The translations under genes and the position numbers were made by a program. From Acidimicrobiales bacterium (lineage in GTDB: Bacteria > Actinomycetota > Acidimicrobiia > Acidimicrobiales > Salinilacustritrichaceae): a DNA stretch of 45,990 nucleotides. Shown in pieces: positions 18,603-26,720 of the stretch. The stretch's first letter is position 1, and each line of letters starts with the position of its first letter. Below the pieces are notes generated by a model. It saw nothing but the letters and a program-made list of their open reading frames with translations, did no database searches and had not been told where the DNA came from. The stretch spans positions 1-45,990 of the forward strand of contig JBPPNA010000287.1 in assembly GCA_051306355.1 (NCBI GenBank), written 5' to 3'.

Positions 18603-19177
18603 TGGCGATGCGGGGCAAGTGGGCGCAGGGCATCCCGCCCCGGAACTTCACCTGGATCGTGCAGGACCGTCTGGCGGTCTGCGAGCGCCCGGGCGGCTAC
18701 GGCCAGAACCATCGCAAGGTCCGCCGCCAGGAGGAGATCATCTGGCTGCGTGAGCAGGGTTTCACCACCGTGATCTCCCTGGTGCAGTCGACCCACAACC
18801 TGCACAACTACGACGAGTTCGGATTGCCCTGGCGCCACCGACCGTTGTCGGCGAGCGACGAGCAGGAGACCTACCTCAACCGGCTCTTCCCCGAGCTGCG
18901 CCAGCTCCTGGTCGACGGTGGCAAGGTCGTCGTCCACCAGGACGAGCTCGGCGACCGAGTGGCGGGGTTGATGGCGGCGTACATCCTGTGGAACCACCTC
19001 GTCCCGGCCCCGCCGCAGGCCATCTCCATCGTGGAGCAGCTACTGCATCGCCAGCTCGGGCCCGGGGCGCGCAGTCTGGTCGCCCTGGTCCAGAAGCTGC
19101 CCGCGCCGGGCGTGTTGTCGGCGCCCCAGCTCCCGGAGGCGCCGCTCGGCCCCGATCCGGAGGTCGACGACACCTGA
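18602..19177 (+). CDS. Dual-specificity/protein-tyrosine-phosphatase-fold protein lacking the catalytic Cys
   Basis: PPRNFTWIVQDRLAVCERPGG, WLREQGFTTVISL and KVVVHQDELGDRVAGLMAAYIL follow the small-DSP pattern, but HCxxGxxR reads HQDELGDR; TGATG overlaps with both folP and folB. Confidence 0.7.
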   Translation: MAMRGKWAQGIPPRNFTWIVQDRLAVCERPGGYGQNHRKVRRQEEIIWLREQGFTTVISLVQSTHNLHNYDEFGLPWRHRPLSASDEQETYLNRLFPELRQLLVDGGKVVVHQDELGDRVAGLMAAYILWNHLVPAPPQAISIVEQLLHRQLGPGARSLVALVQKLPAPGVLSAPQLPEAPLGPDPEVDDT

Positions 19178-19575
19178 TGGCCGACCGCACACCGGACGAC
19201 GCATCACCGACCAACGGCGACAGCATCCAGATCAGAGGGCTGCGGTTGCTGTGCCGCGTCGGTGTCCCGGCCGAGGAGCGGGCGGTGGCCCAGCCGGTGG
19301 AGATCGATCTCGATCTCGCCGTCGACGTGGCGACGGCTGCCGGGTCCGATGCCGTGGACGACACCGTCGACTACGGGGCGGTCGCGGTCGCCGTCGCGAC
19401 CGCGGCGACGGCCGGTGAGCACCGGCTCCTGGAGCGGTTGGCGTCCGTCGTGGCCGAGACCGCCCTGGACCTGGACGAGCGGGTGCAGGCCGCCACCGTC
19501 ACCGTGCGCAAACTCCGGCCCCCGGTGCCCGTCGACGTGGCGTCGACGGGTGTCCGCATCCACCGGTGGCGATGA
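19177..19575 (+). CDS. folB: Dihydroneopterin aldolase
   Basis: DSIQIRGLRLLCRVGVPAEER, TVDYG, LLERLA, VTVRKLRPPV. Confidence 0.93.
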   Translation: MADRTPDDASPTNGDSIQIRGLRLLCRVGVPAEERAVAQPVEIDLDLAVDVATAAGSDAVDDTVDYGAVAVAVATAATAGEHRLLERLASVVAETALDLDERVQAATVTVRKLRPPVPVDVASTGVRIHRWR

Positions 19576-20030
19576 CCCGGGCGTTCCTCGGGCTGGGATC
19601 CAACCTCGGCGACCGCCCCGCGCAGCTCCGATCCGCTGTCGGCTCGTTGCCTGACGTGGTCGCAGTCTCCGACCTCTACGAGACCGATCCCGTCGGCGGG
19701 CCCGACCAGGGCCGGTTCCTCAACCTCGTCGTCCAGATCGAGACCGAGCTGGAGCCTCGCACCCTGCTCGGTCTGTGCCAGCGGCTCGAGTCCGCCGCCG
19801 ACCGTGTGCGCGACGTCCGGTGGGGACCCCGCACCCTCGATGTCGACATCCTCTGGATCGACGGGGTGACGGTCGACGAACCCGACCTGCGGATCCCCCA
19901 CCCCCGGATGTTCGAGCGCCGGTTCGTCCTCGCACCGCTGGCGGAACTCGCGCCGGACCTGGTTCCCGAGGGGTGGGAGACCGACGTCGAGGGCCGGGTC
20001 GATCGCCGTGGCCCGTTGACCACCGGATAG
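19572..20030 (+). CDS. folK: 2-amino-4-hydroxy-6-hydroxymethyldihydropteridine diphosphokinase
   Basis: AFLGLGSNLGD, FLNLVV, RWGPRTLDVDIL, IPHPRMFERRFVLAPL. Confidence 0.97.
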   Translation: MTRAFLGLGSNLGDRPAQLRSAVGSLPDVVAVSDLYETDPVGGPDQGRFLNLVVQIETELEPRTLLGLCQRLESAADRVRDVRWGPRTLDVDILWIDGVTVDEPDLRIPHPRMFERRFVLAPLAELAPDLVPEGWETDVEGRVDRRGPLTTG

Positions 20031-20038
20031 GGTGTCCC

Positions 20039-20069
20039 CCGGACAGGCACCACGCAGGGTCTGATCTGG
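20039..20069 (+). ncRNA. Candidate cis-regulatory hairpin with two bulged adenosines (pan-motif-like) in the panG-panC-panD leader
   Basis: CCGGA-CAGGC-A-CC-[ACGCA]-GG-GTCTG-A-TCTGG; the right arm reaches into the SD-like GGAAGGA at 20068-20074. Confidence 0.45.
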
Positions 20070-20083
20070 AAGGACTCTCGTAC

Positions 20084-20797
20084 GTGACCACGCACGACGC
20101 GCGCATCATCGGCAACGGTCGTGCCGGCCGAGCGCTCGCGGCCGCACTCGTGTCCGCCGGCTGGTCGGTCGATGGACCCCTGGGGCACGCCCACGGCCCT
20201 GACGCCACCACCGGCGCCCGCTTCGTCGTCCTGGCCGTCCCGGACGGACGCGTGGCCGACGTCGCCGCCGGTCTCGCCCCCGGCGAGGCGGTGGTCGTGC
20301 ACCTGGCCGGTTCGCTCGGGCTCGACATCCTCCGCCCCCACGAACGGACGGCTTCCGTGCACCCCCTGGTCGCGTTGCCGGACGCGACGCGCGGCGCAGA
20401 CCGACTTTCTGGCGCCTGGTTTGCCGTCGCCGGGGATCCCGCGGCGATCGACGTGGTGGAGGCCCTGGACGGCCGAGCCGTGCGCGTGGCCGACGGCGAC
20501 CGCACTCGATATCACGCCGCCGCCGTGATGGCTTCGAACCACCTCGTCGCCCTCCTCGGCCAGGTCGAACGGGTGGCAGCCGAGGTGGGCGTGCCACTGG
20601 AGGCGTACCTCGACCTGGCCCGCGGAGCCCTCGAGGACGTGGCCGCGGTCGGACCGGCCCATGCCCTCACCGGCCCGGTATCCCGCGGTGACTGGGACAC
20701 CGTCGGCCGTCACCTCGAGGCCATCGACGCCGTCGAACGACCGGCCTACACCGCTCTCGCCGACGCGGCGCGGCGTTTGCAGCGGGCCGTGTCGTGA
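20084..20797 (+). CDS. Rossmann-like/DUF2520 protein, probable PanG-type ketopantoate reductase
   Basis: IIGNGRAGRAL, LAVPD, VHLAGS, SVHPL, YHAAAVMASNHL, LTGPVSRGD; directly upstream of panC. Confidence 0.85.
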   Translation: MTTHDARIIGNGRAGRALAAALVSAGWSVDGPLGHAHGPDATTGARFVVLAVPDGRVADVAAGLAPGEAVVVHLAGSLGLDILRPHERTASVHPLVALPDATRGADRLSGAWFAVAGDPAAIDVVEALDGRAVRVADGDRTRYHAAAVMASNHLVALLGQVERVAAEVGVPLEAYLDLARGALEDVAAVGPAHALTGPVSRGDWDTVGRHLEAIDAVERPAYTALADAARRLQRAVS

Positions 20798-21684
20798 AGC
20801 AGGTCGCCACCATCGCCGCGCTCCGTGAACTGCTCGACGGCGAGCGCGCCGCCGGCCGGTCCGTCGGTTTCGTCCCCACCATGGGATTCCTGCACGACGG
20901 GCACGTCTCGTTGATGCGGGCAGCCCGTGTCGCCGCCGACCTCGTGGTGACGTCCATCTTCGTGAACCCCCTGCAGTTCGCCGCTCACGAGGACCTCGAC
21001 GACTATCCCCGGGACCTCGAGCGGGACACGGCGAGGGCGGCCGACGCGGGTGTCGACGTGCTGTTCGTCCCGGCGGTTGCCGAGATGTATCCACGTCCCG
21101 TGCAGACCACGGTCAGCGTGGCCGGGGTCTCCGACGGTTTCGAGGGCGCCAGCCGCCCGACGCACTTCGCCGGCGTGGCCACCGTGGTCGCCAAGCTCTT
21201 GTCCATCGTGGGTCCGTGCTCGGCGTTCTTCGGGGAGAAGGACTTCCAGCAGCTCGCGGTGGTCCGTCGCATGGTCTCCGATCTGTCGATGTCGGTCGAC
21301 GTCGTCGGATGCGACACCATCCGCGAGCCGGACGGTCTGGCCATGTCGAGTCGCAACGCGTACCTCACCGAGTCCCAACGGGCGGCGGCGCCGGTCGTGC
21401 ACCGGGCGCTGCGGGCCGGCGCGGCTGCGGTCCTCGCCGGCGAGTGCGACCCGGCGGAGATACGCGCGCTGATGGCCCGGGTCGTCGCCGCCGAAGCCGA
21501 GGCCACGCTCGACTACGCCGACGTTGTCGCCGCTCACGACCTGACCGTCCCCGACACGCTGGCCGGCGATTTGCGTCTGCTGGCCGCCGTGCAGTTCGGT
21601 ATGACCCGACTCATCGACAACGTGGGGGTGACCGTCGCGGCTCCGTGCCCAACGGACCAGCCGGCACCCACCCAGAGGAGCTGA
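20794..21684 (+). CDS. panC: Pantoate--beta-alanine ligase
   Basis: [55 protein letters not shown]. Confidence 0.97.
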   Translation: MKQVATIAALRELLDGERAAGRSVGFVPTMGFLHDGHVSLMRAARVAADLVVTSIFVNPLQFAAHEDLDDYPRDLERDTARAADAGVDVLFVPAVAEMYPRPVQTTVSVAGVSDGFEGASRPTHFAGVATVVAKLLSIVGPCSAFFGEKDFQQLAVVRRMVSDLSMSVDVVGCDTIREPDGLAMSSRNAYLTESQRAAAPVVHRALRAGAAAVLAGECDPAEIRALMARVVAAEAEATLDYADVVAAHDLTVPDTLAGDLRLLAAVQFGMTRLIDNVGVTVAAPCPTDQPAPTQRS

Positions 21685-21689
21685 TCACC

Positions 21690-22142
21690 GTGCGTCGACG
21701 CATGATGAAGTCCAAGATCCACCGCGCCACCGTCACCGACGCGAACCTCCACTACGTGGGGTCGGTCACCGTCGACGAGGACCTCCTCGACGCCGCCGAC
21801 ATCATGGGGTTCGAGCAGGTGGCCATCGTCGACGTCGACAACGGCGCCCGGCTCGAGACCTACACCATTGCCGGTCCCCGAGGATCGGGCGTCGTGTGTC
21901 TCAACGGTGCAGCCGCCCGGCTCGTCAGCCCCGGCGACACCATCATCATGATCAGCTACGCCGATTACGAGCAGGCCGAGCTCGCCCGCTACGAGCCCAC
22001 TGTCGTCCACGTCGACACCACCAACCGTCAGGTCGACGAGGTCACGGCCGAGCTGATCGCCGAGCGCCAGCGCGGCCCTGCTCCCCACCCCTACATCGAG
22101 GTCGCGAACCCTCGGTCGACCGACGACCTCCGGGTTCGTTGA
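21690..22142 (+). CDS. panD: Aspartate 1-decarboxylase
   Basis: [12 protein letters not shown], self-cleavage site [21 protein letters not shown]; SD AGGAG at 21676-21680. Confidence 0.97.
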   Translation: MRRRMMKSKIHRATVTDANLHYVGSVTVDEDLLDAADIMGFEQVAIVDVDNGARLETYTIAGPRGSGVVCLNGAAARLVSPGDTIIMISYADYEQAELARYEPTVVHVDTTNRQVDEVTAELIAERQRGPAPHPYIEVANPRSTDDLRVR

Positions 22143-22214
22143 CGAATGCTCCGCATTCGTCCTGACGTCGGCCGAGAGCGCCGCTGCGTCAGCCGCTGAA
22201 GGGCAGACTGACGC
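22141..22214 (+). repeat. Structured intergenic element: perfect 9-bp hairpin (palindrome copy 2) plus alternative CTGACG/CGTCAG pairings
   Basis: GACGAATGC-TCC-GCATTCGTC at 22141-22161; (G)CGTCAG at 22186-22192 can pair with 22162-22167 or 22208-22214. Confidence 0.55.
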
Positions 22215-22215
22215 C

Positions 22216-23790
22216 GTGGACACGCTCGACCTGCTCGTGCTCGGATCCGGCGTGGCGGGGCTGTCCGCGGCCGTGCGCGCCGCTGACGTCCACCACATGC
22301 AGGTCGGGGTCCTCACCAAGGGCGAGCTGGAGCAGTCGGCCACCCGCTGGGCGCAGGGCGGGGTGGCAGCGGTGCTCGGCGGCGACCCGGACTCCACCGA
22401 TCTGCATCTCGCCGACACGCTCGCCGCCGGCGCGGGTCTGTGCGACCTCGATGCCGTGCGCGTCCTGGTCGACGAGGGGCCGGCTCGGGTCAACGAGCTC
22501 ATCGCCATGGGCGCGATGTTCGACCGGGACGAGGGCGGCGAGTACCTCCTCGCTCGCGAGGGCGGCCACAGCCATCCCCGCATCCTCCACGCCGGCGGGG
22601 CCGCCACGGGAGTCGAGGTGGAGCGAGCCCTGGTCGACGCCGTGCGCAAGACCGCGGCCGTGCTGCTCGAGCGCACGTTCGCGCTCGACCTGCTCGTCGA
22701 GCACGGACGCTGCGTCGGCGTGCGCGCCTTCGACCAGCACGGCGAACCGCTCGTCGTCCGGGCCCGGAACGTCCTCCTCGCCACCGGAGGCGGCGGCCAG
22801 CTCTATTCGGTCACCACCAACCCACTCGAGGCGACCGGTGACGGGATGGCCATGGCGTTGCGGGCGGGCGCGGCGGTGGCCGATGTCGAGTTCGTCCAGT
22901 TCCACCCCACGGCGCTCCACCACCCCTCGATGCCTCGCCCGCTGATCTCCGAAGCCCTCCGGGGACACGGTGCCATGCTCCGTGATGCCGCCGGCGAGCG
23001 CTTCGTGGACGAGCTCCAGCCGCGCGACATCGTGTCGCGCGCCATCACGGCCCAGCTCCAGCGCGACGGGAGCGAGCACGTGTGGCTCGACGCCACGGTG
23101 CTGGAGCACTTCGGCGAGCGCTTCCCGACCATCCTCGCCGCCCTCGACCGGGTCGGCCTCGATCCCGACACCGACTGGCTCCCGGTCGCCCCGGCGGCTC
23201 ACTACTGCTGTGGAGGAGTGGTCAGCGATCTCGATGGCGCCAGCTCGTTGCCCGGGCTGTGGGTCGCCGGTGAGGTCGCCTGCAACGGCGTGCACGGTGC
23301 CAACCGCCTGGCTTCGAACTCGCTGCTCGACGGCATGGTCTTCGGCCCCCGTGTCGTGGAGTCGATCGACGCCGGGAAGGACGTCGCCGAGCCCACGGGA
23401 GCGATGCGGTGCGTGCTCTCGGACGGGTCGGGTGGCGTGGGCGGTCGCGTGCTCGAGTCGACCGGTCCCTCGTCGCAGTCGTCCGGTGGCACCGCGACCG
23501 ATGTGGCCGCAGCCCGCGACGAGTTCCAGCGGATGATGACTGCGGACGCCGGTGTCCTTCGGACCGATGAATCGCTGGCCGCGGCCGTGGCCGCTGCGAC
23601 GACCACGATGGTCGAGCCGTTCGACACGGCGTCGGCCGAGCTGCGGAACCTGGTGACCCTCGGCATCGCTGTCGTCATCGCCGCACGGGCCCGGACCGAG
23701 ACACGGGGCGCGCACACCCGCGTCGATCACCCCGAAGCCGACGATGGCCTCGAGGTGCGGTTCGTCGTAGCGGGACCCATGGCGGGATAG
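22216..23790 (+). CDS. nadB: L-aspartate oxidase
   Basis: LVLGSGVAGL, WAQGGVAAV, REGGHSHPRILH, EFVQFHPT, LISEALRG, HYCCGG, HGANRLASNSL, ETRGAH. Confidence 0.96.
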   Translation: MDTLDLLVLGSGVAGLSAAVRAADVHHMQVGVLTKGELEQSATRWAQGGVAAVLGGDPDSTDLHLADTLAAGAGLCDLDAVRVLVDEGPARVNELIAMGAMFDRDEGGEYLLAREGGHSHPRILHAGGAATGVEVERALVDAVRKTAAVLLERTFALDLLVEHGRCVGVRAFDQHGEPLVVRARNVLLATGGGGQLYSVTTNPLEATGDGMAMALRAGAAVADVEFVQFHPTALHHPSMPRPLISEALRGHGAMLRDAAGERFVDELQPRDIVSRAITAQLQRDGSEHVWLDATVLEHFGERFPTILAALDRVGLDPDTDWLPVAPAAHYCCGGVVSDLDGASSLPGLWVAGEVACNGVHGANRLASNSLLDGMVFGPRVVESIDAGKDVAEPTGAMRCVLSDGSGGVGGRVLESTGPSSQSSGGTATDVAAARDEFQRMMTADAGVLRTDESLAAAVAAATTTMVEPFDTASAELRNLVTLGIAVVIAARARTETRGAHTRVDHPEADDGLEVRFVVAGPMAG

Positions 23791-23874
23791 GGGACAGTCC
23801 TGCCACCGGAGATCGCCCGGTCGGGCGACACCGTGGCCGACGTCGCATCGCGCAGAAGGGAGGGAACCATCGCC

Positions 23875-24822
23875 GTGGACACCGCCGAACACGCCAACGG
23901 TCGCTACCGACACCATGCGCTGCTCTACGACTCCGACGTGTCGTTCGTCGACGCGGTGGTGCCCTTCGTCCAGGAGGGTGTCGACGCCGGTGAGCCGGTG
24001 CTGCTGGGACTGACGGAGGCCAAGGTCGGGCTCCTCGCCCGTCACCACGACCTCGGCCACGAACTGGTGCTGATCCAGGACCTGGAGTACGCCAATCCCG
24101 TCAAGACCATCCACCGGTGGCTCTCGGAGTTCGGCGCCCTGGTCGGTGGCGGGGCACCGGGGATCCGTGCTCTGGGCGAGGTCCCCCACCCGGGAACGGG
24201 TGGCGACTGGTACCAGTGGGTCCGCTACGAGGCCATCATCAACCGGGCGTTTGCGGACGTGGCGCTGTGGAGCCTGTGCCCCTACGACGAGCGTGTGACG
24301 CCCCCGGAGGTGCTCGCTGACGTGGCGTGCACGCATCCGTTCCTGACCACCGTCGACGGGCACCGTCCCAGCGCCTGGTACGAGGATGAGGCGGCGTTCC
24401 TGGAACGGCTTCCCCGCCGCCCGGGTCTCGGCGACGTCCGACCGCCCGACCGCGTCTTCCACGACCCGATGCCCCACGAGGCCAGGCACCATCTCATCGG
24501 CCTCACGGACGGCATGGGCCTCGATCCTGACGCCGTCGACGACCTGCACGTCGCCGTGAGCGAGCTCGTCTCCAACGCGCGCCACCACGGCGACGATCCG
24601 GTCACCGTCCGGGTCTGGACCGAGCCCGACCGGCTGGAGGTCACGGTGACCGATCGTGGCGCCGGGCCGGCGGATCCCTGCGTCGGGTGGATCCCGCCGG
24701 CAGATCCTGCGGCCATCGGCGGGGGACGTGGTCTGTGGCTGACGCACCAACTGGCCCTCACCCTCGACGTCTGGAGGGAGGCCGACGAAGGTTTCACTGC
24801 CCGGCTGTCGATCGTGGCGTAG
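23875..24822 (+). CDS. MEDS-domain sensor fused to RsbW-like anti-sigma/kinase domain
   Basis: N-terminal HHALLYDSD...FVQEGVDAGEPV and LCPYD (MEDS-like); C-terminal AVSELVSNARHHG, VTDRGAG, GGRGLWL (HATPase). Start 23875 (SD GGGAGG) or 23833. Confidence 0.8.
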   Translation: MDTAEHANGRYRHHALLYDSDVSFVDAVVPFVQEGVDAGEPVLLGLTEAKVGLLARHHDLGHELVLIQDLEYANPVKTIHRWLSEFGALVGGGAPGIRALGEVPHPGTGGDWYQWVRYEAIINRAFADVALWSLCPYDERVTPPEVLADVACTHPFLTTVDGHRPSAWYEDEAAFLERLPRRPGLGDVRPPDRVFHDPMPHEARHHLIGLTDGMGLDPDAVDDLHVAVSELVSNARHHGDDPVTVRVWTEPDRLEVTVTDRGAGPADPCVGWIPPADPAAIGGGRGLWLTHQLALTLDVWREADEGFTARLSIVA

Positions 24823-24870
24823 GTCCCCGATGCAGTCCGACGCCATCGACCTCGCCAGCCGGCCTGACCC

Positions 24871-24926
24871 CCCGTTCTTGTCACCGAAACGGTCGCCCTG
24901 AGCCCCGAAACGGTGACGAGAACGGG
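24871..24926. repeat. 16-bp inverted repeat (REP-like hairpin)
   Basis: CCCGTTCTTGTCACCG at 24871-24886 pairs with CGGTGACGAGAACGGG at 24911-24926, with one T-G pair. Confidence 0.8.
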
Positions 24927-24984
24927 TTCGTGGCAGGCTGCCCCGAAACGGTGACGAGAACGGGTTCGTGGCAGGCTGCCCCGA
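24902..24984 (+). repeat. Exact 38-bp tandem duplication (2.2 copies) ending at the nadC start
   Basis: gccccgaaacggtgacgagaacgggttcgtggcaggct at 24902-24939 and 24940-24977, then gccccga. Confidence 0.93.
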
Positions 24985-25862
24985 TGCTGTCCGACGCACC
25001 GGTCCAGCCGCCGATCCACGCTGTCCGAGCTGCGGTCAGCAGCGCCCTGGCCGAGGATCTGACGCCGCTGGGCGACCTCTCGGCTGCCCTCGTGCCCGGT
25101 GACGTCACCGTCGAGGCATCGTTCGTCCCGCGCCAGGCCGGCGTCGTCGCCGGGACCGCATGCGCCACCGAGACCTTCGCCCAACTCGATGCCGAGGTCC
25201 GGGTGCGCTGGGAGGTCGGCGAGGGCGACCACGTCGATGCCGGACAGGTGATCGGGGTCGTGCGCGGCCCGCTGACATCGGTGCTCACCGGAGAGCGCAC
25301 GGCCCTGAACTTCCTCTGCCACCTGAGCGGCGTGGCGTCGTTGACCCGCCGGTTCGTGGCCGCGGCCGCCGAGGGCGGCGATGCCCGCATCTGGGACACG
25401 CGCAAGACCACGCCGGGTCTGCGCAGCCTCGAGAAGGCGGCGGTGCGAGCGGGGGGCGGGGCCAGCCACCGGGGCAACCTGTCCGACTGGGTGATGCTCA
25501 AGGACAACCACCTGGTGTCACTGGTCGTGGCCGATGCCGTGCCGCGAGCCAAGCAGGCGTGGCCGGGGCGCACCGTCCACGTCGAGGTCGACGATCTGCC
25601 GGGACTCCTCGAGGCCCTCGACGCACGCGCTGACGCCATCCTCCTCGACAACTTCACGCCCGCAGCGGCCGCCGAGGCGGTGGGCGCCGCCGACGAGTGG
25701 GCGAGGAACAACGGCGGGAGGCGCCCCCTGCTCGAGTGCTCGGGGGGCATCACCATCGCGAGCGCGTCGTCGTACTCGGCCACCGGCGTCGATCTCCTCT
25801 CCACCAGCCAGATCACGCAATCCGCGCCGGCCCTCGACATCGGGTTGGACGTGATCGGATGA
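24984..25862 (+). CDS. nadC: Nicotinate-nucleotide diphosphorylase (carboxylating)
   Basis: ALAEDL, LTGERTALNFL, WDTRKTTPGLR, LKDNH, VEVD, ILLDNF, SGGIT. Confidence 0.96.
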   Translation: MLSDAPVQPPIHAVRAAVSSALAEDLTPLGDLSAALVPGDVTVEASFVPRQAGVVAGTACATETFAQLDAEVRVRWEVGEGDHVDAGQVIGVVRGPLTSVLTGERTALNFLCHLSGVASLTRRFVAAAAEGGDARIWDTRKTTPGLRSLEKAAVRAGGGASHRGNLSDWVMLKDNHLVSLVVADAVPRAKQAWPGRTVHVEVDDLPGLLEALDARADAILLDNFTPAAAAEAVGAADEWARNNGGRRPLLECSGGITIASASSYSATGVDLLSTSQITQSAPALDIGLDVIG

Positions 25863-25898
25863 TCGACCGGGTGGGGCAGTGACCTAGCCTCTCCCGCC

Positions 25899-26720
25899 GT
25901 GCATCTGCTGGCCATCGACGTCGGGAACACCCAGACCGTGATCGGGCTCTACGCCCTCGACGGCGCGAGCGAACCGATCGTCGACTCTGCCAACCGGGCA
26001 GCCGACTCCGACCTGCTCGACCACTGGCGCATTGCCACCAACGTCGAGCGCACGGCCGACGAGTACGCGCTGCTGTTCCAGGAGTTCCTGGCCTTCCACG
26101 GCTTCGGTTGGCCCGAGGACGTCCGGGGCTTCGCAGTGTGCTCGTCGGTTCCGAGGGTGACTGGATCGTTGCGCAGCTTCAGCGAGCGCTACCTCGGGCA
26201 GGAGGCGCTCGTCGTCGAACCCGGGGTCAAGACCGGCATGCCGATCCTCTACGACAACCCCCGCGAGGTGGGTTCGGACCGCATCGCCGACGCCGTGGCC
26301 GCGTGGGATCTCTTCGGCGGTCCCACCATCGTCATCGACTTCGGCACGGCGACCACCTTCGAGGCCATCTCGGCCAAGGGCGAGTACCTCGGTGGCGCCA
26401 TCTTTCCCGGCATCGACATCAGCCTCGACGCCCTCTTCGGCCGGGCCGCAGCTCTCCGGCGCGTCGAGTTGGTGGAACCCGAGCACGTGATCGGCCGATC
26501 CACCGTCGAGTCGATGCAGTCCGGCGCCGTCTACGGCTACACCGCCGTGGTCGACGGCATGGTGCACCGCTTCGAGGAGGCGCTCTCCGCCTCCGCCACC
26601 GTGGTGGCGACCGGCGGTCTGTCCGGGCTCATCGCGCCGCTGTCGGAGACCATCGAGCACCACGAGCCGTGGCTCACCCTGCACGGTCTGCGCCTCATCC
26701 ACGAGAAGAACGCGACCTGA
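25899..26720 (+). CDS. coaX: Type III pantothenate kinase
   Basis: LAIDVGNT, EVGSDRI, VIDFGTATT, GGAIFPG, VVATGG, LTLHGL. Confidence 0.96.
   Translation: MHLLAIDVGNTQTVIGLYALDGASEPIVDSANRAADSDLLDHWRIATNVERTADEYALLFQEFLAFHGFGWPEDVRGFAVCSSVPRVTGSLRSFSERYLGQEALVVEPGVKTGMPILYDNPREVGSDRIADAVAAWDLFGGPTIVIDFGTATTFEAISAKGEYLGGAIFPGIDISLDALFGRAAALRRVELVEPEHVIGRSTVESMQSGAVYGYTAVVDGMVHRFEEALSASATVVATGGLSGLIAPLSETIEHHEPWLTLHGLRLIHEKNAT

Noticed and set aside
22143-22215. Known NAD+-class riboswitch upstream of nadB
   Set aside because: I could not recognise the conserved features of described NAD+ riboswitch classes; kept only as an unexplained structured element.
24902-24984. 38-bp direct repeats as a CRISPR array
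   Set aside because: The repeats are contiguous with no spacers, there are only two copies, and no cas genes are present.
22189-24999. Very long antisense or alternate-frame ORFs (this 936-aa one, also 14523-16937, 33675-35732, 38521-40683)
   Set aside because: They are shadow frames of well-supported genes, expected in high-GC DNA, and have no recognisable motifs.
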